Origin: a virus
IMG/VR virus record: IMGVR_UViG_3300048839_000489
Coordinates: 1-64,000 of that record
Reading direction: 5' to 3' (one strand)
Length of the DNA: 64,000 bases
Position numbers and translations under genes: made by a program. A model generated the notes under the pieces. That model ran no database searches and was not told the origin of the DNA. It saw nothing but the letters and a program-made list of their open reading frames with translations. Below, piece after piece: positions 33,402 through 40,600 of the stretch. Numbering within the stretch: the stretch's first letter is position 1; the number at the start of each line of letters is the position of its first letter.

Positions 33402-33619
33402 TTCAACCTCGATTCAATGTTTCTCTTCATTTCTTCAAGCACAAGGATGCAATAATGAGCAATTTCGCTCCAAGCCTCAGCCTTTTGAGCTCGTTCTATC
33501 AGTATATCTAGTCTGGATTTCATAGCAACCTCATTATTAGAATATCGGCATCGTTTCGGATACCGAGAAAAAACCAATTCACCGAAAATTAGAGAATTTT
33601 CATTGTAAATACTCAACAA
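33398..33619 (-). CDS. hypothetical protein (start uncertain)
   Basis: TTG start in the track; an internal ATG (MKSRLDIL...) with GAGG upstream is an alternative. Confidence 0.45.
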   Translation of the reverse strand: MLSIYNENSLIFGELVFSRYPKRCRYSNNEVAMKSRLDILIERAQKAEAWSEIAHYCILVLEEMKRNIESRLK

Positions 33620-33696
33620 TTTTTCGGATAAATCACTCTTGCCATTCTATGATTGTATCTGTAAAAGTGAGGCTCAAAAATTTTTTAGCCTGACAT

Positions 33697-33734
33697 CTCG
33701 GCTATACGAACAAGGGAGATGCCTCGGCTATACG
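33697..33734. repeat. two direct copies of CTCGGCTATACG (33697-33708, 33723-33734)
   Basis: Exact 12-mers 26 bp apart; an inverted 9-mer copy CGTATAGCC lies at 33931-33939. Confidence 0.7.
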
Positions 33735-33811
33735 CAATTTTGAGGGATATAAAGCGAGCGGACTCTTGCAATTACCTATAAAACCGCTTGTACTTCATAT
33801 ATACCGCAAGG

Positions 33812-33840
33812 ATTGTACCATAGCACCTGATGCAATGCAA
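33812..33840 (-). promoter_or_regulatory. candidate leftward sigma70-type promoter
   Basis: Minus strand reads CCC-TTGCAT-17 nt-TACAAT, directed toward the 22-kb minus-strand block. Confidence 0.5.
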
Positions 33841-33947
33841 GGGTTAAGGGTAGGTCAATTAAGATCGAACTTGTATACTACACGCATTAACCCACTATCA
33901 TAGAATCGACAAAGAGTCAAGGGTTAATTTCGTATAGCCTGCAAGAG

Positions 33948-33961
33948 GTGACATTTGTCAC
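33948..33961. promoter_or_regulatory. perfect 14-bp palindrome GTGACATTTGTCAC (operator-like)
   Basis: Lies between the divergent candidate promoters, directly followed by the repeat TATCTGGTAAAAGTGAG (a copy is at 33656-33671). Confidence 0.45.
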
Positions 33962-33998
33962 TATCTGGTAAAAGTGAGTAAATTGCCCCTGAATCCGC

Positions 33999-34027
33999 TT
34001 GACTCTGAACTCGGTATGCTGTATTAT
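33999..34027 (+). promoter_or_regulatory. candidate rightward sigma70-type promoter
   Basis: TTGACT-17 nt-TATTAT, about 250 nt upstream of the ATG at 34278. Confidence 0.6.
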
Positions 34028-34277
34028 TCGGGTTGTAAGCAGTAACTAGCACTTTCACAACCGAGTCAATCACGCGATACATGCGGATTAATCCTGAACT
34101 TGTACTTATACGGTGGCGATGGATTACTCAAGGGGGATAGCGTATAGAATACGGGCGTACTGTCCATAGATTGACTCGGTATAACATCCATCAAAACCCA
34201 TAGAATGGATGATAATAAAGGTAGGTTGTGAAAGTCAGGTTATTAGGTATATATCCGACTGAATCAAGGAGTTTAAA

Positions 34278-34787
34278 ATGCACTTTACTTTTGTTAACAA
34301 AGCGGGCGAAGTTGTCAAGTCATGGGATGCGGGTTACTGCAAGATTGAATCCGGCTCCAAAGTTTTGACTCTTCGTGAAGCGGGCGTGAATGGTGACACG
34401 CTGACACAATCCACCGAGGGCAATACTGGACTCGGTTACTTTGTGGATGCCTCCGCATTTGGTTGTAACCCTGCAAGCAAGAAGGAGCGCGAGTATGCTC
34501 CGATGGTACTCAAGCGCTTTGCAAAAGTTCCCGCCGATGCTGTCGTATCCTACGGGATGCCCTCACTGGACTCGAATGGTCAACTCACGGGCGAGGTGAC
34601 TTACATCATCCGAACCACGATGCAAGCAATCCGTGATACCGCGCAAGCCGTACTCGACTGGAATCCGACTGGTGAAGTAATCGCCCCGATGCCCACCATC
34701 CCAGCCGGACTCGTACCCGCCAAAAAGCGCGGAAAGACTCGCGCATCCGCCGAAGTTCTGGAATGGGATGAAGAATCCGAAGGCTAG
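34278..34787 (+). CDS. hypothetical protein
   Basis: 169-aa ORF; RBS and leader AAGGAGTTTAAAATG, identical to that of 35388. Confidence 0.65.
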   Translation: MHFTFVNKAGEVVKSWDAGYCKIESGSKVLTLREAGVNGDTLTQSTEGNTGLGYFVDASAFGCNPASKKEREYAPMVLKRFAKVPADAVVSYGMPSLDSNGQLTGEVTYIIRTTMQAIRDTAQAVLDWNPTGEVIAPMPTIPAGLVPAKKRGKTRASAEVLEWDEESEG

Positions 34788-34808
34788 AACGTAGTAAGTG
34801 AGTAAACA

Positions 34809-34844
34809 AAAAGAGTCTACTTGAAAGAGTAGACTCTTTTTTTG
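34809..34844 (+). terminator. rho-independent terminator
   Basis: 11-bp stem AAGAGTCTACT / AGTAGACTCTT with a 6-nt loop and a T7 run. Confidence 0.8.
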
Positions 34845-34879
34845 TCAAAATTGCAATTAATCTATGCGAAACAAAACCC

Positions 34880-34908
34880 TTGACTCTATAGGTGGACTCG
34901 CTTATACT
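34880..34908 (+). promoter_or_regulatory. sigma70-type promoter for a probably leaderless mRNA
   Basis: CCC-TTGACT-17 nt-TATACT; the ATG at 34916 is 8 nt downstream of the -10 hexamer. Confidence 0.6.
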
Positions 34909-34915
34909 TCCAAAC

Positions 34916-35311
34916 ATGAAAACATTAACCGCCTCACTCATTAAATCAGTTGTAATCTTTGCAATAACTTCTACCTTATATAAATGGTTGTCAGGTCAAG
35001 GTATAGACCGAGTTATTATAATCGGTCTAGTTGCTCCAGTGGTGGAAGAGTTATTAAAGCGTATGCTTACTACTAAAGAGTCCGTGATATTTGGACTAGT
35101 TGAAAACCCGTTCTTTTATAACTGGACTCTATTAAGATTAATTCCTGTAGGTATGCATTACACAGCCCGCAAGAATAGACTCGGCATGGCTATCTTGTGC
35201 CACATGATTTATAATCTTGCAAACATAACTCAAGCCTACTTGATACTAATTATCTTGTTTGTTGTACTGGTCAATATATACGCTATGCTTGACTCATATC
35301 GCACTAGATAA
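34916..35311 (+). CDS. CPBP/Abi-like (CAAX protease family) small membrane protein
   Basis: Motif 1 EExxxR (PVVEELLKR), a central His (VGMHY), motif 3 HxxxN (HMIYN), and four or more TM helices. The track GTG start at 34892 lies inside the promoter spacer. Confidence 0.5.
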   Translation: MKTLTASLIKSVVIFAITSTLYKWLSGQGIDRVIIIGLVAPVVEELLKRMLTTKESVIFGLVENPFFYNWTLLRLIPVGMHYTARKNRLGMAILCHMIYNLANITQAYLILIILFVVLVNIYAMLDSYRTR

Positions 35312-35330
35312 AATTGCCTTGCCTGAACCA

Positions 35331-35359
35331 TTGACAAAACAAAACAACTCGGTTAAGAT
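35331..35359 (+). promoter_or_regulatory. sigma70-type promoter
   Basis: TTGACA-17 nt-TAAGAT, 29 nt upstream of the ATG at 35388. Confidence 0.55.
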
Positions 35360-35387
35360 TGTACTATCACAAACAAAGGAGTTTAAA

Positions 35388-35483
35388 ATGTCTAGCTTTG
35401 AAATTGCAGTATTAACTTTTGTAGTAGGACTCGGACTCGCCCTATTCGGACTCGCTTATGTCGCATATAAAAATAAATTATAG
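35388..35483 (+). CDS. tiny membrane peptide (31 aa)
   Basis: AAGGAGTTTAAAATG leader; MSSFEIAVLTFVVGLGLALFGLAYVAYKNKL; own promoter and terminator. Confidence 0.5.
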   Translation: MSSFEIAVLTFVVGLGLALFGLAYVAYKNKL

Positions 35484-35493
35484 CATCCCCCCT

Positions 35494-35528
35494 AGTGAGC
35501 TTCAAAAATCGAGGCTCACTTTTTTTTC
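35494..35528 (+). terminator. rho-independent terminator
   Basis: AGTGAGC ... GCTCACT hairpin followed by a T8 run. Confidence 0.75.
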
Positions 35529-35730
35529 TCGAAGCCCCTGTATACCCCACAAACTCTGTAATTAATTTTTCAAAAACAAGCCAAAACTCTATCACCCTAT
35601 ATATGCAGGAATATAGGCAATATAAATGGGTACGGTAGAATACTCGTAATTATTAATTACGTTTATCCTGGGGCTTCCTGTGGTCATCTAGGGGTATGTT
35701 TTTATGCGTTAGTTATCCCGTTAAATAAAT

Positions 35731-35755
35731 AAAGAGAAGCGATTAACTTCTCTTT
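35731..35755 (-). terminator. hairpin terminator at the end of the lysis/structural transcription unit
   Basis: AAAGAGAAG-CGATTAA-CTTCTCTTT, followed on the minus strand by a T-rich tract. Confidence 0.5.
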
Positions 35756-35774
35756 ATTCAAACTTATCTATTTA

Positions 35775-36095
35775 TTACTTCTTTTTACTTACAGCTTGAA
35801 ACGGTTTTCCACGTTTTAGAAGCTTTTCGTAAGCATAAGCACCTGCATCCCATAGCAATCCAGCCATAATCATGGTCATTGGGACGATTACTCCGTTCTC
35901 TTGTGATGGTGTTATACCAGTTAAGAGCACAGAAAGCACGGCATTTGCAGCACGAGCCCATTTTGAATCAGGTACTAGTTTTACTAGTCTTAGTCCCAAT
36001 ACAGATACCAATACAATTACTGATTGGACAACTGCTACTGGAGTTGCTTCCTTTAGAACTTCAACCCACTGTAATACTAAGTTAATTAATTCCAT
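35775..36095 (-). CDS. membrane protein of the lysis cassette (holin/antiholin-like)
   Basis: 106-aa ORF with multiple TM helices and a basic C-terminus. Confidence 0.5.
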   Translation of the reverse strand: MELINLVLQWVEVLKEATPVAVVQSVIVLVSVLGLRLVKLVPDSKWARAANAVLSVLLTGITPSQENGVIVPMTMIMAGLLWDAGAYAYEKLLKRGKPFQAVSKKK

Positions 36096-36393
36096 TTTCT
36101 TCCTCCGAATTTTCTACTTCAAATTCTGATAACGACATAGGGACATCTACCTTTATTTCTGGATTCAGTTCTCGTAAGTTCTGTATCCATTCTACTAAGT
36201 AGTGTACATATCTTTCCAATACAAATACTTTCTTCTGTAAGAACTCGATGTCCTTCTCTCTCAGCTCGACAGACTTCATGGCACTTTCAATAGCCTGAGC
36301 CTGGGCATTAGAGTGACTTGAGGTTCTATTAGCAATAGCTAAATAAAAACCTGTTAGCACCGTCACTATTGCGGCAATGTCTTGCAGAGCCAT
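36082..36393 (-). CDS. N-terminal TM + coiled-coil protein (lysis cassette)
   Basis: 103-aa ORF adjacent to the holin-like genes. Confidence 0.5.
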   Translation of the reverse strand: MALQDIAAIVTVLTGFYLAIANRTSSHSNAQAQAIESAMKSVELREKDIEFLQKKVFVLERYVHYLVEWIQNLRELNPEIKVDVPMSLSEFEVENSEEENGIN

Positions 36394-36696
36394 TTAAGAC
36401 TTCTCCCTACCCAACTTTTTTTGCTGAGTCTTTTGTTTCCAATCTACTATTAAATCCCATACCGGTATTAGAAACAGAACCGATAGCCAATCTCTCACTA
36501 GACTGTGCCCAGAATAACCTGTGGGAACTCCCGTACCAAGCATGAACAAAATAACTGAAAAGTAAAGCATCACCACAGACGTAAGAAGTCTGATATACTT
36601 TTTCCCATTACTGTGAACTACCCAGTATGAAAGGTTAACTAAAAACGATAGAAATGCTATTGCTGAGGATAGCAATAGACCTGTTGATTCTTGCAT
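36394..36696 (-). CDS. holin-like protein (3 TM, basic C-terminal tail)
   Basis: 100 aa with three hydrophobic helices and a KQKTQQKKLGREKS tail, in the gene string downstream of the muramidase. Confidence 0.55.
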   Translation of the reverse strand: MQESTGLLLSSAIAFLSFLVNLSYWVVHSNGKKYIRLLTSVVMLYFSVILFMLGTGVPTGYSGHSLVRDWLSVLFLIPVWDLIVDWKQKTQQKKLGREKS

Positions 36697-36707
36697 GTAA
36701 AATCTCC

Positions 36708-37550
36708 TTATCCGAACTTATCCAAACTCTCTCCAGATAGAAGAGGTCTAGTAAGTGTCTCCAGTACAAATCCTTTGTCTGTATTAGGGAGCCACATTGG
36801 AAATATCAGAGACTTTGAAAAATCATCGTATGGATAATGTAAATCATCTCTGTAGATATAAGGAGATCCTTTTGAATCAAACCTCACATCCCTCCCAGTA
36901 ATACACGGTCTATCAAACAGTTCTGGATTGTCCCACCAATTGAACTTCCACACATCACCAGAAGCGTTTAGAGCGTGAAAGGCTATACAAGCACCAACTC
37001 CTGGAATGTTCTTTATTTCCCTTTTTCCATTGTAAAGTTTGAGCCTAGCCCTTCCGGTGACAATCTTTGAAAACTTAGGAAGCCCCTCCCTGTCCAAATC
37101 GCCCGTAAGATAGTTCTTGCTATTGTTTATTCCTAGAAAGTTAGTGTGGCTCCTGTCGTGAGTAAGAGCGCTGGACATTTGTTTTGCAGCCCACTTTACA
37201 AGAGCACTCTTTGTATTGAACCAAGAGTAATATTCTTGTTTAGTCCATCTAACGTCTAGATACTTTGTTATATTTATGTAAAGAAGGTAATGTTGTCTGT
37301 CCTGGGTTAACTCTATGTATTCAGGCTCTTTGTTTCCATTGATGCCCCTATACCTGTAAACATCAGGAAGACCGCCTAGAATCTTGTCTTTACCTGGGCG
37401 CATAAGTGGAGCACCATCACGGGTGGGTCTAGACTTGCCCTTACCGTTCTTAGCTGACTCCTCATCCCAAGTGGAAAAGTGGACTACATACGGTTCTATC
37501 CCTGTCTTTAGTTTGTATTCTACGTATGTATCTCCAAACTTAGCCAGCAT
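36708..37550 (-). CDS. hypothetical protein
   Basis: 280-aa ORF between the SH3b gene and the holin-like genes. Confidence 0.6.
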   Translation of the reverse strand: MLAKFGDTYVEYKLKTGIEPYVVHFSTWDEESAKNGKGKSRPTRDGAPLMRPGKDKILGGLPDVYRYRGINGNKEPEYIELTQDRQHYLLYINITKYLDVRWTKQEYYSWFNTKSALVKWAAKQMSSALTHDRSHTNFLGINNSKNYLTGDLDREGLPKFSKIVTGRARLKLYNGKREIKNIPGVGACIAFHALNASGDVWKFNWWDNPELFDRPCITGRDVRFDSKGSPYIYRDDLHYPYDDFSKSLIFPMWLPNTDKGFVLETLTRPLLSGESLDKFG

Positions 37551-37915
37551 TATAGCACCTTTACCAGTACATACTCTGCTTTTGATCCGGTCTTTGGATC
37601 TGTAAGAACAAAAGAATCTGGGAATTGAGAAACAGGTGGGTCAACTTCATCTTCAATTTCTTTTAGATTGGTGCACACCGCTGTTCCTTTGTGAACAATG
37701 GCCATCCAACCGCTAACCTCTACGTCATCTACCTTCGACACCTTTAGCCATCTATCACCCTTTCTAACCTCTGCCCCATCAGCTGGAGCTGTCCAGATTT
37801 CTGTTCCTACTACATTAGAGGTCTTGTTGTAAGCTCCTAGAGTAGTTGACAGGGTGTTTGGTTCGGATCTAAGTCTAGTCCCATTGTTTATGGGATTCAT
37901 TGTGTAATTAGTCAT
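37550..37915 (-). CDS. stand-alone bacterial SH3 (SH3b) cell-wall-binding-like protein
   Basis: LRSEPNTLSTTLGAY ... GDRWLKVSKV ... SGWMAIV pattern typical of SH3_3 domains. Confidence 0.55.
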   Translation of the reverse strand: MTNYTMNPINNGTRLRSEPNTLSTTLGAYNKTSNVVGTEIWTAPADGAEVRKGDRWLKVSKVDDVEVSGWMAIVHKGTAVCTNLKEIEDEVDPPVSQFPDSFVLTDPKTGSKAEYVLVKVL

Positions 37916-37920
37916 TTTAA

Positions 37921-38628
37921 TTAACTCTCCTTTTTGTAAGTAACTTCAATACCTTTGAATTTGGCCGTCATGTAGCTGTCCTCAATCGGCGTTGGGACTT
38001 CCCCATATCTTTTTAGGAAGTCCTCTTCTGTTCCGTTAAAATAGTTCATATCTATTTCATTGGACTCAGCTCCCCAACCATCGGATGGATAATCGTCAGT
38101 ATATTGCCAATAAGTCCATGTTTTCCATATGGGCGGAATAAGAGGTTCCGCTTGATTGTACCAAGCAATCCACAAAGGGTATTGAGAAAAATACTTCACT
38201 CCTGCAGCGAATTCTTGCCAGTAATAATATCCAGTGTAAACCCCCAATTGTTTGCCTGGAAGAAGAACTTTCAGTCTTTCCATAAAATCGTGCCAGTTTC
38301 TCCACCCACCATACTCGCCACCATACCTATCCTCAAAGTCACACCACAATTCCATCTCTCCTGGATCATCGCCAAGCACTTCTGCGTACTTCTCAGCCTG
38401 TCTCTTAGGATTAGCGGTGCTATCGTAGAACCAATAAGACCCCCTAAGTAGTCCAACCTTTTTAGCGTTTTTCCATGAGATTGAGAACTCGTTGTCAGGC
38501 CATAGATTTTGACCTGCTCTTATTATAACACCTTTAGTATTATTTCTGACTAAACTAAAGTTTATGCCATTAGGTGTATCAGGATTGTCTTGCCAAAAGC
38601 TAAAGTCGGGTAGTTTATAATAATTCAC
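37921..38628 (-). CDS. GH25 muramidase (endolysin catalytic module)
   Basis: N-terminal PDFSFWQD ... GVIIRAGQ, and a layout typical of glycoside hydrolase family 25 lysozymes. Confidence 0.75.
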   Translation of the reverse strand: MNYYKLPDFSFWQDNPDTPNGINFSLVRNNTKGVIIRAGQNLWPDNEFSISWKNAKKVGLLRGSYWFYDSTANPKRQAEKYAEVLGDDPGEMELWCDFEDRYGGEYGGWRNWHDFMERLKVLLPGKQLGVYTGYYYWQEFAAGVKYFSQYPLWIAWYNQAEPLIPPIWKTWTYWQYTDDYPSDGWGAESNEIDMNYFNGTEEDFLKRYGEVPTPIEDSYMTAKFKGIEVTYKKES

Positions 38629-38638
38629 ATTAACCTCG

Positions 38639-39178
38639 CTATACGAACATGTTGTCTATAACCCTCTGGGCTATTTCCGAATAACCATCATATGTCCAGT
38701 GAGGGCCTTCTACAGGTTCGTACGGAACTATATCATCTGTCACAATTAGTTTCCACTGAGGGAAGTCCCTTGATATCCCATACTGAGCATTCTTTACTGT
38801 GTTCCAATAAGGACGAGGCGTGTCACTCGGCTGAGGGCCTAATTGTCCGTGCAATAATGGAATGTCCTCGAGTCCGGCGTGTAAGCCGAACTTCCTAAAG
38901 AATGCTACTGTCAGGCTCCGATACTCCGCAGCCCTTGTTTCATTAGCAGTCTCTCGCTCTCCCTGCATATGCCACCATCCGGTGAATACATGTCCGTCTT
39001 CTCTTGCAGACGCGACTGCCTGAAGAGCTGCGAGATAAAACTCCTCACCTTTCTGCCAATCACGTATAGAGGATCCCCCCACTGCTGTGTTCACTATTAG
39101 CATGTCAGGAAGCTTTACTCTCAAATGAGCTCCTGAGTTTCTTGCGTTTGATTGCCCAGTAACTAAAATAGCGTTCAT
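38639..39178 (-). CDS. SASA-family (sialate O-acetylesterase-like) carbohydrate esterase
   Basis: GQSN nucleophile block (ILVTGQSNARN) and WWHMQGERE block. The ATG at 39178 has AGGAGA upstream. Confidence 0.65.
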   Translation of the reverse strand: MNAILVTGQSNARNSGAHLRVKLPDMLIVNTAVGGSSIRDWQKGEEFYLAALQAVASAREDGHVFTGWWHMQGERETANETRAAEYRSLTVAFFRKFGLHAGLEDIPLLHGQLGPQPSDTPRPYWNTVKNAQYGISRDFPQWKLIVTDDIVPYEPVEGPHWTYDGYSEIAQRVIDNMFV

Positions 39179-39189
39179 TTGTCTCCTTA

Positions 39190-40587
39190 TTACCAGCACT
39201 TGATAACTACGTTTCTAGTGCTTCCAGTACGATTACGAATATATATTACACCGCCAGACGTGTCAACAGAAACGCAAAACTTTGTATCGGTTCCTGCAGT
39301 GGGTGATGGCATCACTCCAGTTAGAAGCTCTGTATTAGATCCAAGAACGTATGATTGGATCGAGCCACCAGCTGTAGTAACGTAGAACCCGAGCACGTAG
39401 TTTGTGCTAGCCGCGGATCTTGATTGAACTAATATCATTCCGGCTGTTGTTGGCGGTGTGAACGAGTAGGTTGCGTCGTCGGCTATGGATACTTGCTCAC
39501 CTATAACAGTTTGGAAGTTATCATCTCTTTCAAGAGCAAAATCATACACGGCTGAGGTTGATGGATATTTTGCTGTGTCAGCCTCATTTCCATCTATAGT
39601 AGTAGCTTTATTGGACACGTCCTCCTTTTCGGTGTGTGTGTGCTGAGATCCGTTTACTAAATATTGCTTTCCGCTACCTATGTTTACATTACCATCACTA
39701 CGTAAAGTCATTACTAATGACATAGTTGCAGAGCCGTCAGGGACTGTATAAATCTCAATTCTAGTGGGCGTGTCTCCTGTAGACCAATCACCGTCAGCTA
39801 CAAACCTTATCTCCATACGAGTATCAGTCCAGTTTGAGCCCTCGTAACCACGTCCGCGTATACGACCAATAACCATATTATTTTTTATGTTGGTAGGAGA
39901 CGCTCCGCTTCCGTCCGCCTTCATGAAGGTCATGTAAGGAGCTATACCAGACCCATATCCTGACATAAACTGAGATGGACTTACACCATCACCGGTAATC
40001 CAAAAAGCATGGTCTGGAGTAATATTGGGGAGTATGGATGGGTCTCCTATTCCGAGAACCTTATCAACCTTATCCCAAACAAACTCTGAATCCCCACCAA
40101 AAGATCCGCCGTCATTAAACTGAATCTCAGTATCAGAACCACCAGGAGTCCCTCCCCCACCTACCGACGGTATAAACTCTAGCCCGTCTTCAGTTCCTTT
40201 TACAGCTACTATGTAACCTGAAAAGGTTGAGTAGTCATTTGGGGTGTCAGTTAAATCTAAAAAGGTCGAAGCTCCGCCACCACCACCACTACCAAGTTCC
40301 AACTCTTGAATTCTCCAACGTATGTGATTTAGATTATCAAGCAGGGAACCGCTGACAAGATCCCCATCCTCGTCAAAAGCTCCAGGCTGTACAAAGCCTG
40401 ACATAGCGAACTCATCTGTATCATAAGCTACTCTGTACTGAGGTAGTAATCCTATAATTCCTCCTGGAGGCCCACCAGCTCCCCCACCAGAGCTGGATAC
40501 CCCACCTAGAATTAATGGTGATGCTTTTATTGTCTTGAACGCATTATTTATAGCGTCCAGAATTGCGTAATCAAACGTATTTCTCAT
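39190..40587 (-). CDS. tail fibre protein with Gly-rich segments
   Basis: 465 aa with GGGAGGPPGG and GGGGGAS tracts, positioned after the tail-tip genes. Confidence 0.65.
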   Translation of the reverse strand: MRNTFDYAILDAINNAFKTIKASPLILGGVSSSGGGAGGPPGGIIGLLPQYRVAYDTDEFAMSGFVQPGAFDEDGDLVSGSLLDNLNHIRWRIQELELGSGGGGGASTFLDLTDTPNDYSTFSGYIVAVKGTEDGLEFIPSVGGGGTPGGSDTEIQFNDGGSFGGDSEFVWDKVDKVLGIGDPSILPNITPDHAFWITGDGVSPSQFMSGYGSGIAPYMTFMKADGSGASPTNIKNNMVIGRIRGRGYEGSNWTDTRMEIRFVADGDWSTGDTPTRIEIYTVPDGSATMSLVMTLRSDGNVNIGSGKQYLVNGSQHTHTEKEDVSNKATTIDGNEADTAKYPSTSAVYDFALERDDNFQTVIGEQVSIADDATYSFTPPTTAGMILVQSRSAASTNYVLGFYVTTAGGSIQSYVLGSNTELLTGVMPSPTAGTDTKFCVSVDTSGGVIYIRNRTGSTRNVVIKCW

Positions 40588-40600
40588 TTACTCTCCTAAA

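Noticed and set aside
33897-33920. Minus-strand CCCTTGACT followed by TATGAT, promoter-like
   Set aside because: The spacer is only 12 nt, and the hexamer at the correct 17-nt spacing is TAGTGG. It is kept only as one copy of the TTGACTC repeat.
33697-33939. Repeated CTCGGCTATACG units considered as a mini CRISPR-like array
   Set aside because: There are only two direct copies plus one inverted partial copy, the repeats are 12 nt long, and there are no regular spacers or cas genes. Operator or regulatory repeats fit better.
35289-35314. TTGACT ... TAAAAT inside the 3' end of the CPBP-like gene
   Set aside because: The spacer is 14 nt, too short for a sigma70 promoter. The better promoter lies at 35331-35359.
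39190-40587. Gly-rich repeats in the tail fibre considered as a diversity-generating retroelement target
   Set aside because: No reverse transcriptase gene and no template-repeat copy of the fibre 3' end are visible anywhere in the window.
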